Source: Mobula hypostoma
Lineage: Eukaryota
Direction: 5' to 3'
Assembly: GCF_963921235.1 (NCBI RefSeq)
Contig: NC_086108.1
Coordinates: 53,446,001-53,510,000 of the forward strand
Length of the DNA stretch: 64,000 bases
Below are positions 13,425-26,210 of the stretch, in pieces; position 1 is the stretch's first letter, and each line of letters starts with the position of its first letter. The translations under genes and the position numbers were made by a program. Below the pieces are notes generated by a model. That model was not told the origin of the DNA and made no database searches. It saw only the letters and a list, made by a program, of their open reading frames with translations.

Positions 13425-13992
13425 CAATATAAAAGAGGATAAAAAAAGCTTTTTAATATAAAGAGTGAAAAAGAGACCAAAGCAGATATTGGAGCATTGG
13501 AAAATGATGCTGGAGAGGTAGTAGTGCAGGGCAAAGAAATGGTGCATGAACTTAATAATTATTTTGCATCATTCTTCAATGTGGGAGATACCAGTTGAAT
13601 GCCAGAAATGCGAGAGAGTCAGGGGCAGAAGTGAGTGCCGTTGCTGTTACTAAGAAGAAGGTGCTTGAGAAGTTGAAAAGTCTGAAGGTACTGTAGATAA
13701 ATCACCTGGACCAGATGGACTACACCCCATGGTTCTGAAAGTTCTGAAAGATGTAACTGAAGTGATTGTGGAGGCATCAGTAATGATCTTTCAAGAATCA
13801 CTGGATGCTGGAGTGGTTCTGGAGGACTAGAAAATTACAAATATCTCTCCAATCCTTAAGAAGGGAGGGAGGCAGAAGAAACAAAATTATAGGCCAGTTA
13901 ACCTGACTTCAGTGGTTGGACGTCTATAAGGGATGAGGTTTTGGGATACTTGGAGGTACATCATAAAATAGGCCAAAGTCAGCCATGGTTTC

Positions 13993-16900
13993 CATAAGAC
14001 ATAAGAGCAGAATTAGGTCACTTGGCACATCGAATCTGCTCTGCCATTTCATTATGGATGATCCAGTTTTCCCTCTCAGCCTCAGACTCCTGCCTTCTCC
14101 CGGTATCCCTTCTTGCCCTGACAAATCAAGAATCTATCAACCTTTGTCTTTAGTGTACGTAAAGACTTGGCCTCCGTAGCTACCTGAGAGTAACAAATTC
14201 CTCAGATTCACCACTCTCTGGCTAAAGAAATTCCTCCTCATCTCCATTCTAAAAGGACGTCCTGCTATTCTGAGGCTGTGTCCTTCGGTCCTAGACTCTC
14301 CCATTGTAGGAAGCATCCTCTCCACATCCACTCTGCCGAGGTCTTTCAACATTCAATAGGTTTCCATTAGGGCACTCCTCATTGTTCTGAATATAGACCC
14401 AGAACCATAGAACACTACAGCACAGAAAACAGGCCATTTGGCCCTTCTAGTCTGTACTGAAACATTATTCCGCTAGTCCCATTGACCTGCATCCAGTCCA
14501 TAACCCTCCAGACCTCTCCCATCCATGTACCTATCCAACTTATTCTTAAAACTTAAGAGTGAGCCCGCATTTACCATGTCAGATGGCAGTTCATTCCACA
14601 CTCCCACCACTCTCTGAGTGAAGAAGTTCCCCCTAAACCTTTCCCCTTTCACCCTAAAGCCATGTCCTCTCATATTTCTCTCTCGTAATCTAAGTGGAAA
14701 GAGCCTATTCACATTTACTCTGTCTGTACCCCTCATAATTTTGTAAACCTCTATCAAATCTCCCCTCATTCTTCTACCCGCCAAGGAATAAAGTCCTAAC
14801 CTGTTCAATCTGTCCCTGTAACTTAACTCCTGAAGACCCAGCAACATCCTAGTAAACCTTCTCTGCACTCTTTCAATCTTACTGATATCCTTCCTATAGT
14901 TAGGTAACCAGAACGGTACACAGTACTCCAGATTTGGCCTCACCAATGTGTTATACAACCTCCGCATAACATCCCAACTCCTATACTCAGTACTTTGATT
15001 TATGAATGCCAGGATGCCAGAAGCCTTCTTTACAACCTTGTCTGACTGTGACACCACTTTCAGGGAATTATGCATCTGAACTCCCAGATCTCTTTGTTCC
15101 TCCGCACTCCTCGGTGCCCTACCATTTACTGTGTATGTCCTACCTTGATTTGTCTTTCCAAAATGCAACACCTCACACTTGTCTGCATTAAATTCCATCT
15201 GCCATTTTCTGGCCCATTTTTCCAGTTGGTCCAGATCCCTCTACAAGCTTTGAAAGCCTTCCTCGCTGTCCACAACGCCTCCAATCTTAGTGTCATCAGC
15301 AAACTTGCTGATCCAATTTACCACATTATCATCTAGATCATTGGTATAGACAACAAACAACAATGGTCCCAGCACAGATCCCTGAGGCACACCACTAAAC
15401 ACAGGCCTCCAGTCTGAGAAGCAATCATCCACTACCACTCTCTGTCTTCTCCCACACAGCCAGTTTTGAATCCAGTTTACAACCTCTCCATGGATACCTA
15501 GTGTCTGAACCTTCTGAACTAACCGCCCATGTGGGACCTTGACAAAGGCCTTACTAAAGTCCATGTAGACAACATCCACAGCCTTTCCTTCACAGTATCT
15601 TCATATGTCAAACTATTCAATTCTGGAATCATTTTCGTGAACTTCCTTTGAACCCTCTCCAATGTCAGCACATCTTTTCTTAGATAGGGGTCACAAAATT
15701 GCTCACAATACTCCAAGTGAGGCCTCATCAGTGTTTAATAAAGTCTCAATATTACATCCTTGCTTTTATATTCTAGTCCTCTTGAAATGAATGCTAACAT
15801 CGCATTTGCCGCCTTCACCACGGACTCAAACTGCAAATTAACCTTTGGGGAACCCTACAAGAACTCCCAAGTCCGTTTGTGCCTCAGATTTTTGAATTTT
15901 CTCTCCATTTAGAAAATAGTCTACCCATTTATTTCTTCTACCAAAGTGCATGACCGTACACTTCCTGACACTGTATTCCATCTGCCACTTTTTTGACCAT
16001 TCTCCTAATCTAAGTCCTTCTGCAGCCTCCCTGCTTCCTCAGCACTATCTACCCCTCCACCTACCTTCATATTATTTGCAAACTTTACAACAACCCATCA
16101 TCCAAGTCATTGACATGTAACGTAAAAAGAAGCAGTCACCACTCAAACCCTAGTGAAACACCACTAGGCACTTGCTCCCTTTATTCCCACTCTTTGTCTC
16201 CTGCCAATCAGCCACTACTGTATCCATGCTAGTATCTTTCCTGTAATACCATGGGCTCTTAACTTGTTAAACAGCCTCATGTGTGTCACCTCGCCAAAGA
16301 CCTTCTAAAAATCCAAGTACACAACATCTACCAATTCTCCTGTGTCTATCCTGATTGTTATTTCTTCAAAGAATTCCAATAGATTTGTCAAGCAAGATTT
16401 TCCTCTGAGGAAACCATGCTGACTCTGGCCTATTTTACCATGTGCTTCCAAATACCCTGAAATCACATCCTTAACAATCAACTCCAACACCTTCTCAACC
16501 ACTGACGTCAGACTAGGTGGCCTATTTTTTTTTTTGCCTCTCTCCCTTCTCGAAGAGTGGAGTGACATTTGCAATTTTCTGGTCTTCCAGAACCATTCCA
16601 GAATCTAGTGATTCTCCACAATCACTTCAGCCACCTCTTTCAGAACCCTGGGGTGTACACTATCTGGTCCAGGTGACTTAGTCAGTTCATCCACAATTTC
16701 CTTGTCCCCCTTACTACCTCTCCAGCATTGTTTTTCAGCGTTCTGATATTCACTCTCACCACTCTTTTACACTTTATGTATCTGAAGAAACTTTTGGTAT
16801 CATCTTTAATATTATTGCCTGGCTTACTTTCGTATTCTATCTTTTCCTTCTTGGTTTTTTTTTTAGTTGTCTTCTGTTTGTTTTTAAAAACTTCCCAATC

Positions 16901-18090
16901 CTCTCTAGCACTAATTTTTTGCTCTATCATATGCTTTCTCTTTGGCTTTGACTTCTCTTGTTAGGCACAGTTATGTCATTTTGCTATTAGAGTAATTCCT
17001 CTTTGGGATGTATATATCCTGTGCCTTCTGAATTGCTTCCAGAAATTCCAGCCATCGCTGCTCTGCCATCATCCCTGCCAGTGTTCTTTTCCAATCAATT
17101 TTGGCCAGGTCCTCTTGCATGCCTCTGTAATTCCCTTTACTCCACTGTAGTACTGATATATCTGACTTTAGCCTCTCTTCAAATTTCAGGGTGAACTGTA
17201 TCATATTATGATCACTTCCCCCTTAGGATTCTTTTACTTTAAGCTCACTAATCAATTCTGATTCATTGCACAACGCCAGTCCAGAATAGCTGGTGCCCTA
17301 GTGGGTTCAACCATGAGCTGCTCTATAAAGCCACCTCATAGGCATTCTAGAAATCCCCTGTTTTGGGATCCAGCACCAACCTGATTTTCCCAATCTGCCT
17401 GTATATTGAAATCCCCCATGACTATTGTAACATTGCCCTTTTGGCATGCATTTTCTATCTCCCATTGTAATTTTTAGACCACCTCCCCACTACTGTTTGT
17501 GAGTCTGTAACTCCCATCAAGGTCTTTTTACCCTTGCAGTTCCTTAGCTCTACCCACAACAATGCAACACTTTCCAACCCTACGTCACTTTTTTCTAATA
17601 ATTGGATTTCATTTTTTACCAAAAGAGCCATGTCACCCCTTTTCCTACCTGCCTGTTCTTTTGATACAATGTGTATCATTGGATGTTAAGCTCCCATCTA
17701 TAATCTTCTTAAAACGATGATTCAGTGATGCCTACAACATCATGTATGCCAACCTATAACTGTGCTACAAGTTCATCTACTTTATTCCGTATACAGTACT
17801 GTGTGCATTCAAATATTACACCTTCAGTTCTGTGTTAAACTTTTTTTGATTTTTGTCTGGCTTTTACATTGTTTCTCATCCCGTTGACTGCAGTTTTACC
17901 CTATTGTCAGCCTCTCCTTGATCGGAGTCTCACTACACATTGCCCCTGTTTGTAAACAAACTACTTCGTCCTCAGCACATTCACTCTGGTTCCTATCTCC
18001 CTGCCAAATTAGTTTAAACACTCCCAACAACTCTAACAAACCTGCCTGCAGGTATATTGGTCCCCCTCGGGTTCAAGTGTAACCTGTCCC
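13993..18090 (-). mobile_element. CR1 LINE (second copy, antisense) inserted in the host CR1
   Basis: Minus-strand ORFs 14137..14352, 15519..15728, 16305..16574, 16682..17204 and 17455..17679 give collinear decayed CR1 ORF2 (APE to RT to C-terminus); (CTTATGT) tail at ~13995. Confidence 0.85.
14400..15595 (-). mobile_element. Young 5'-truncated CR1/HER1 LINE nested in the second CR1
   Basis: ORFs 15241..15579 and 14473..15198 are in one frame, separated by a single TAG (DVVYMDFSKAF..GVPQGSVLGP..KFADDTK..MEFNADKCEVLHFG..); GTTCTATG tail. Confidence 0.9.
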
Positions 18091-19689
18091 TTGCCTGACA
18101 AATCTGTTGAAATTCTTTGAGGAAAATAACATGCAGGATAGACCAAGATGAGTCAGTGGATGTTCAGAAGGCCTTTGACAAGGTGCTGCACATGACCCTG
18201 CTTAACAAGGTAAGAGCCCATGGTATTACAGGAAAGATGCTAGCATGGATAGAAGATTGGCTGACTGGCAGGAGGCGAAGAGTGGGAATAAAGGGGGTCT
18301 TTCCTGGTTGTCTACAGATGATTGGTGGCTTTCCACAGGGGTCAGTGTTGGGACTGCTTTTTATGTTACATGTCAATGATTCAGATAAAGGAATTGATGG
18401 CTTTGTGGCCAAGTCTGCAGACGATACAAAGATGGGTGGAGAAGCAGGTAGTGTTGAAGAAGCAAGTTGTCTGCAGAGGGCTTAGGCAGATTGGGAGAAT
18501 GGGTAAGGAAGTGCATGATCGTGCACTTTGGATGAAGGAATAAAGGTGTGAACTATTTTCTAAATGGAGAGAAAATTCAAAAATCAGAGGTGCAAAGGGA
18601 CTTACGTTCTCGTGCAGAATTTCCTAAAGGCTAACTTGCAGGTGAGTCGGTGATAAGGTAAGCAAATGCAATGTTAGCATTCATTTCAGGAGGATTGGAA
18701 TACAAAAACAAGAATGTAAAGCTGAGCCTTTAAGGCACTGGTGAGGCTTCACTTGGAGTATTGTGAACAATCTTGGGCTGGCATTGGAGAGAGTCCAGAG
18801 GAGGTTCATGAGAATGATCCCATGAAGAAAAGGATTCACGTATGAGAACCAGTTGATGGCTCTGGGCCTGTACTCGTTGGAGTTCAGGAGAATGACAGGG
18901 ATCTCTTTGAAACCTATCAAATATTGAGAGGCCTGGATAGAGTGTATGTGGAGAGATGTTTCCTATAGTGGGGGGGGGGGGGGAGCCTAGGACCAGCAGG
19001 CACAGCCTCCAAATAGAGTGATATCCACTTAGAACAGAGATGAGGAAAAATCTCCTTAGCCAGAGGGGGGTGAATCTGTGAAAATCATTACCACAGACTG
19101 GTGTGCAGGGCAAGCCTTTGGGTATATTTAAGGTGGAGGTTAATGGGTTCTTGATTAATCAGGTCCTTAAATACTATGGGGAGAAGACACGAGAAGGGGG
19201 TTGAGAGGTATAATAAATCAGCCATGAATGGTGGATTAGACTTGTTGGACTGAACGGCCTAATTCTGCTCCTATGTCTTCTGATTTTATTTCAGCTTGAA
19301 TTCTCCTAAATGCATGCAGAGCAGCCTGAGTGTTATTGTTTCCACCAGCTTTGTTGCTGGTGTTAAAATTAGTAGGAATTCAATGTAGTCCTTGAAGATT
19401 TTATTTCATTGCAGCCAGGTTCCAAGGGGTTGGTTTTGCCATAGCTGCAGCTGTAAATAGAGATCATTCTTGTTTAGATTCCTGTTGACAACTGTTATGT
19501 ATGAATGGAGCAAGAAAGACAATGGAGTAGTAGGATTAAATGTTCTTACTGAGTCATGTTAGTTGGGCAACTTACAGTGCAAGAGTGATGACCCGGGACC
19601 TCTGAGATGAATAAATGTACACTTCAAAGCCATGCAATCAATCAGCCGCGAGCATACTTACCACATTCTTGCAATTGATCTGATACAAT

Positions 19690-20075
19690 TCACCTATTAA
19701 CCTCCACTTTAAATATACCCAATGTCTTGGCCTCCACAATAGACTGTAGCAATGAATTCCACACATTCATCACTAAAGAGATTTGACCTGATCTTTGTTC
19801 TGTAGAGATGTCCTTCTATTCTGAGGCTGTGCCCTTGGGTCCCCGACTCTCCCACTGTTGAAAACATCCTCTTCAACTCTCCTCTATCTAGGCTATTCAA
19901 TATTTGGCAGGTTTCAATGAGATTCCCTCTTATTCTTCTATACTCAAGCGAGTACAAGCCTAGAGCCTTATACGTTAACAGTTTCATTCCTGGAATTATT
20001 CTTGTAAACCTCCTTACGACCGTCTCTAGTACCAGCACATCCTTCCTTAGATATGAGGACCAAAATTTCTCACAA
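19690..20075 (-). mobile_element. CR1 LINE 3' fragment
   Basis: ORF 19709..20038 RRFTRIIPGMK..LGLYSLEYRRIRGNLIE. Confidence 0.8.
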
Positions 20076-20811
20076 ATGGTCCTCTGAATGAATCTTCCAG
20101 TTATGAAGAGAAAATTTCCCTTGCCATTTCAAAGTACTTCACAGTCATTAAAGTAACTTCAGAGTATATTAGTAGACCTAATTTATTCAGAATAACTTAT
20201 CACCCTAATAATATATTTTGTTACAAATAATGAAATGCATTGACTTCAACTTGCTATAAATAATGTCAAAGGATCCTCGCTAGTGGTGAATAAAATCTTG
20301 TAGAAGCCTTTTAATCAAGAATTTCTGCACTCTGTTTATATTTCACAAATTATTCCAGTCTTTTAGAACTCATAGTTATTGGTAAACATGGATTAATAGA
20401 ATACATCGACGAGTCTGTGTAGATAGACTGTACTTGCTTTTGGCTTGAATATGGCTATTTTGTTATCTGTTGAAATGGCTGTGGGTAAAATGTATTTGGA
20501 GGAGTCTCAATCTGATTGCTAGGAATGAATAAAGGCATAAAATTGTCCATAATTTGGCAATAAATTGAATATTAAGAAAGATCTTATCAACTGAGGATGT
20601 AGATATATTGAAGATATTCTTGAGGTTGGAATCAGAGCATACATTGTTCATACAATAGGAAAGAAACTCAAATTTTAATTAACTCCAAGCCATGTCCTAA
20701 ATGGGTAATACTGTATGGTGGTACTGGCAAGAAAAGTTTTTTTTATTACTCGCTACAGAGATACTTTGTGTTTTTATGAGTGGATATCACTTAAAAATGA
20801 TGTCTGACTAG

Positions 20812-21012
<201 letters not shown>

Positions 21013-23022
21013 TAGTAATACAAGCAAAATTGGCTGTTGATTAACTAATGAGTTTAAAATCTGTGCTTTGATAATTCATTTTTATATTGTTTGGATAGTT
21101 TGAATGACAATAATTGCTACATTTAGTTTCATCTGAGACCAGACATCATTTAGACCCAACTCATTTTCAGCTGCTTTAAAAAAAATCATTATGATGCAAC
21201 TTTCTTTTACAGCATTTGCCAGATTGAGATTTTGTGACCCATCTCATGTGTAGATATTTGGAGTATGGGTGAAATAGAGTAAGATACAGAAGGGATACCA
21301 GAAGAATGTATTTAACAGAAAGCTGATGGAAATATTTGTTTGACATTATTTTATGATTTCTGAGAAGCGTAGCTGTTTTATCTTTATTTACATCTGCCTT
21401 ATTTGTTATTTTTCATTCCCGGAAAGAATAGAATGGTCTATCTTGAAAATTTACCTCCATAATGGGCTTCCTTTTACTGACCGTGTTTAGGTATTTTTCT
21501 CAGTCTTGAATGCTGATACCATTTTAGCTAGTGAGATCCTCAGGTGGCAACTCGGATAAAATGGGAATCCTCCTCAGCTCAATAGCGCCATCTTGAGGTA
21601 GTATTTGAATAGGTCATATTTGATGTTTGCTTGTAGTTCAAGCAGAAAACACCTGTTTTTGAAATAGATGTTTTTCATTATCTTCACTTCTCATCCCAGT
21701 CATAATTGTTCTACTTATCCCTCTAATAGCACTGAAGGTGGCTATTATATCTATCCCTTCCTCTTCACTCTTTGAAAGAACTATCTTATTATTTCCACTC
21801 ACCTGCTTTTAATTTAGGATGATACTCAGACAAACACTGGGTATTGATGCATGTATTTAGGCTGCCAAGTTTGTATTAATGTTTTTCATTTACTCTGCAG
21901 TTTGAAGCAAAACAGATTGTGCTTTTCATAAATATAGCCTTTCTCTGCACTTTCCATTCCTTTGCTATCTTTAGACGTTTGAGAAGAACTGAAAATCACA
22001 AATGTAGAGCATGTTTCAGGTGGCGTGCCTTTTGGAAATATCCTGAGGTATTACATCTCACTTCTGAGTTGATTATAATTGCTACCTAGTCACAAAAGGA
22101 GTGCCTTTGTGGTATTTATTATGTTTTATTTGTTTTTAAGTTTCTGTTACTACTTGAGATTTGGTTTTGTTATCCTATTCGTATCGTTACCAATTTCTGT
22201 CTAAAGGTTATGCTACTATTAATTTTGCCAACAGGTTTGTTAATATTAAACTCTGTATACTATGTATATTAGTTTTAGTATTGTTGGCACAAATAATTAC
22301 TGAAATTGTAGTTGCGAAAGTGATTTCTTGGCAGATCTTATTTGTTTAAGTTGCATGTTATAACTCTCCAGTGTAGAGAGTCAATGGAGAGGTGGTTGTT
22401 TTTTTTTGTGATTGACTAGGCAGAGTTAACAATTCTGCAGAATTTCTGAGGCAGATCTCTTGCCAAACCAAGCGGTCACACATCTGCAATAATTGGTGAG
22501 GGTCATCAGGGTCATGCTGAATTTCCTTGGCCTTATATAGAAATAGAGGCACTGGTGTGCTTTCTTGTTCATTTTTATAGTTTGAAACTTCACTTCTACT
22601 CAGCATCGCTGATACAAGGCAAAAACAGAAGGATCTGAGGTTGTACATGTGTAAGTCATTGAAAGTGGAAGCATAATGTAATTTCCTATTGAGCTTTTAT
22701 GGAATAGTTGGTTTAGCCACGACAGGGGAAATGTGTTGATTTCCCAACACCATATTTTCATAAAGATTTGAAGATCTTAAAATGCAGAAGAGGTTGACAG
22801 GAACGATTGCAGAGATGTAGGATTTTAATCACTAGTCCTCCAGTCAATCCATATAACTCCACTCCTTGGCAAAGATGACAGATCTCAATAGAGGTACTTA
22901 AAATTATGAAGGATTGACAGAGAAAATATTTCATTGGTGGAAAAGCCAAGAAGCAGAACACACAAAATGAAGGTGATTAGCAGAAGAACTAAATGTGACA
23001 TGTGGAACAACTTATTTATACA

Positions 23023-25879
23023 TTCGTTTCCAAGCCTCTCAATTTGGACCTTCTGAGGATCCCAGGTACTCACATTTTATTGACTCTGCCTCTCGCCGCT
23101 TCTCCCGTCAAGCTCTGAAGGCGACGCTCTCTGCCATGAGGAGGTACTTGGTGTCCCTATCCCAGACTCTTCCACACCTTCGGGACACTTTCTTCGCCGT
23201 CTGTAATGGTCCTACCCGCTATTTCATCCTCCGTCGGATCCACACCTGCAATCGCCGTTTCTTTGACTTTGTCATGTTAGGCAAAGATCGCAAGATCTTA
23301 CATCTACGGACTGCAGAGCCTGCCGGCCCCGACGCTAGCAGGCATGAACTTTCGGTTGCGGCCTCTGCCGTTGGTCTCGGCGGCTCCAACACCTCAGGAC
23401 ATATTCAAAACCCGGACTCCAGCAACGACCATGGAGACATTCAAAGCGATCGCGCAACCACCAACTGCGACTCCAGCCTTGAACTCCAGGCCGGGTCTTT
23501 ATGTGCTGCTGTTGTGACTCCCGTCTCCCCTTCCCCCACCACCACTCCGCAGCCCCGTCTTCCTCAGATCCCACCGTCAGCTCCTGGGCCCTCAGAGGCT
23601 CCATCTTCCTCTCACCCCAACCCTCCCCTCTCCATTGACACCCCTAGCCTCCCCCCTCCCCCCTCTGATCCCAGCTCTCATCCGTGCCGGGTCTTTACCA
23701 TCCCCTCCGACCTTCAACTGTCGGAGGCAGAACGCTCTGTTCTCAGTAAGGGCCTCATGTTTGTCCCCCTTCGCCCACACCTCAGCGAGTTCCGTGTTCG
23801 CCACGATGCGGAACTTTTCTTCCGCCGTCTCCGTCTCCGAGCCTACTTCTTCGGCAAGGACTCTTCCACCCCCACCGATGACCCCTTCTCCTGTCTTCAT
23901 CCCTCCTCTTCTTCATGGACACCCCGCTCTGGTCTTCTGCCTGCTCTGGATCTCTTTATTGCCAACTGCCGACGGGACATCAACCGTCTCGACTTCACCG
24001 CACCTTGTCCCCATTCCAACCTCACTCCTTCAGAACGCTCTGCTCTCCACTCCCTCCGCACTAATCCTAACATTATTATTAAACCCGCTGATAAGGGGGG
24101 TGCTGTTGTAGTCTGGCGTACTGACCTCTACCTTGCTGAGGCACAGCGACAACTCGCGGATACCTCCTCTTATTTACCCCTCGATCGTGACCCCACTAAG
24201 GAGCACCAGGCCATTGTCTCCCACACTATCAACGACTTTATCCGCTCAGGGGATCTCCCATCCACTGCTACCAACCTTATAGTTCCCACACCCCGCACTT
24301 CCCGTTTCTACCTCCTACCCAAGATCCACAAACCTGCCTGTCCTGGCCGACCTATTGTCTCAGCTTGCTCCTGCCCCACCGAACTCGTTTCTGCATACCT
24401 CGACACTGTTTTATCACCCCTTGTTCAATCCCTTCCGACCTATGTTCGTGACACTTCTCACGCTCTTAAACTTTTCGATGATTTTAAGTTCCCTGGCCCC
24501 CACCGCTTTATTTTCACCTTGGATGTCCAGTCCCTATATACTTCCATCCCCCATCAGGAAGGTCTCAAAGCTCTACGCTTCTTTTTGGATTCCAGACCTA
24601 ATCAGTTCCCCTCTACCACCACTCTGCTCCGTCTAGCAGAATTAGTCCTTACTCTTAATAATTTCTCCTTTTGCTCCTCCCATTTCCTCCAAACTAAAGG
24701 TGTAGCTATGGGCACCCGTATGGGTCCTAGCTATGCCTGCCTTTTTGTTGGGTTTGTGGAACAATCTATGTTCCGTGCCTATTCTGGTATCTGTCCCCCA
24801 CTTTTCCTTCGCTACATCGACGACTGCATTGGCGCTGCTTCCTGCACGCATGCAGAACTCGTTGACTTTATTAACTTTGCCTCCAACTTTCACCCTGCCC
24901 TCAAGTTTACCTGGTCCATTTCTGACACCTCCCTCCCCTTTCTAGATCTTTCTGTCTCTGTCTCTGGAGACAGCTTATCCACTGATGTCTACTATAAGCC
25001 TACTGACTCTCACAACTATCTGGACTATTCCTCTTCTCACCCTGTCTCTTGCAAAAACGCCATCCCCTTCTCGCAATTCCTCCGACTCCGCCGCATCTGC
25101 TCTCAGGATGAGGCTTTTCATTTTAGGACGAGGGAGATGTCTTCATTTTTTAAAGAAAGGGGCTTCCCTTCCTCCACTATCAACTCTGCTCTTAAACGCA
25201 TCTCCCCCATTTCACGTACATCTGCTCTCACTCCATCCTCCCACCACCCCACTAGGAATAGGGTTCCCCTGGTCCTCACCTACCACCCCACCAGCCTCCG
25301 GGTCCAACATATTATTCTCCATAACTTCCGCCACCTCCAACGGGATCCCACCACTAAGCATATCTTTCCCTCCCCCCTCTCTCTGCATTCCGCAGGGATC
25401 GCTCCCTACACAACTCCCTTGTCCATTCGTCCCCCCCATCCCTCCCCACTGATCTCCCTCCTGGCACTTATCCGTGTAAGCGGAACAAGTGCTACACATG
25501 CCCTTACACTTCCTCCCTTACCACCATTCAGGGCCCCAAACAGTCCTTCCAGGTGAGGCATCACTTCACCTGTGAGTCGACTGGGGTGATATACTGCGTC
25601 CGGTGCTCCCGATGTGGCCTTTTATATATTGGTGAGACCCGACGCAGACTGGGAGACCGCTTTGCTGAACATCTACGCTCTGTCCGCCAGAGAAAGCAGG
25701 ATCTCCCAGTGGCCACACATTTTAATTCCACATCCCATTCCCATTCTGACATGTCTATCCACGGCCTCCTCTACTGTAAAGATGAAGCCACACTCAGGTT
25801 GGAGGAACAACACCTTATATTCAGTATGGGTAGCCTCCAACCTGATGGCATGAACATTGACTTCTCTAACTTCCGCTAG
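23023..25879 (+). pseudogene. PLE reverse transcriptase / GIY-YIG endonuclease ORF with one -1 frameshift (~25370-25385), lacking its native start
   Basis: KPADKGGAVV, YLLPKIHK..PGRPIVS, TLDVQSLYTSIP, GVAMGTRMGPSYA, RYIDD, LPFLD, VYYKPTD. After the shift: SAFRRDRSL..YPCKRNKCYTC..VIYCVRCSRCGLLYIGET..RFAEH; TAG at 25877-25879. Confidence 0.9.
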
Positions 25880-26174
25880 GCCCCACCTCCCCCTCGTACC
25901 CCATCTGTTACTCTTTTTAATGCACACATTCTTTCTCTCACTCTCCGTTTTCTCCCTCTGTCCCTCTGAATATACCTCTTGCCCATCCTCTGGGTCACCC
26001 CCCCCCCCCGTCTTTCTTCCCGGACCTCCTGTCCCATGATCCTCTCGTATCCCCTTCTGCCTATCACCTGTCCAGCTCTCGGCTCCATCCCTCCCCCTCC
26101 TGTCTTCTCCTATCATTTTGCATCTCCCCCTCCCCCTCCAGCTTTCAAATCCCTTACTCACTCTTCCTTCAGTT

Positions 26175-26210
26175 AGTCCTGACGAAGGGTCTCGGCCTGA
26201 AACGTCGACT
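26175..26210 (+). ncRNA. Minimal type I hammerhead ribozyme in PLE pLTR
   Basis: AGTC-CTGACGA-AGG gtctcgg CCT-GAAA-CGTC^GACT: stem I AGTC/GACT, intact core, stem II, minimal stem III; predicted cleavage after 26206. Confidence 0.85.

Larger units (their letters stand above)
7600..19285 (+). mobile_element. Decayed near full-length CR1 LINE (host of a nested cluster); own segments ~7600-7917, 8418-10410, 13426-13992, 18091-19285
   Basis: ORF1 SGNH-esterase remnants (VVIGDSI at 8690.., W..HWDLFWGR...GLHLN at 9074..), APE remnants (LHLNACSIRNK, GVVxRPPN), RT remnants (QKAFDKV..PQGSVLG..ADDTK at 18117..18485) and a CR1 3' tail near 19260. Segments are collinear once the inserts are removed. The left boundary is approximate. 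Confidence 0.8.

Noticed and set aside
22995..23022. Start codon of the 853-aa ORF
   Set aside because: The GTG start lies in flanking CR1 DNA upstream of the TSD. The element is 5'-truncated, and the last ~60 aa of the listed ORF are out-of-frame read-through after the frameshift.
25360..25390. Programmed -1 ribosomal frameshift in the PLE ORF
   Set aside because: No in-frame X XXY YYZ slippery heptamer, and PLEs normally encode RT and endonuclease in one ORF; a 1-nt deletion in a C-run is simpler.
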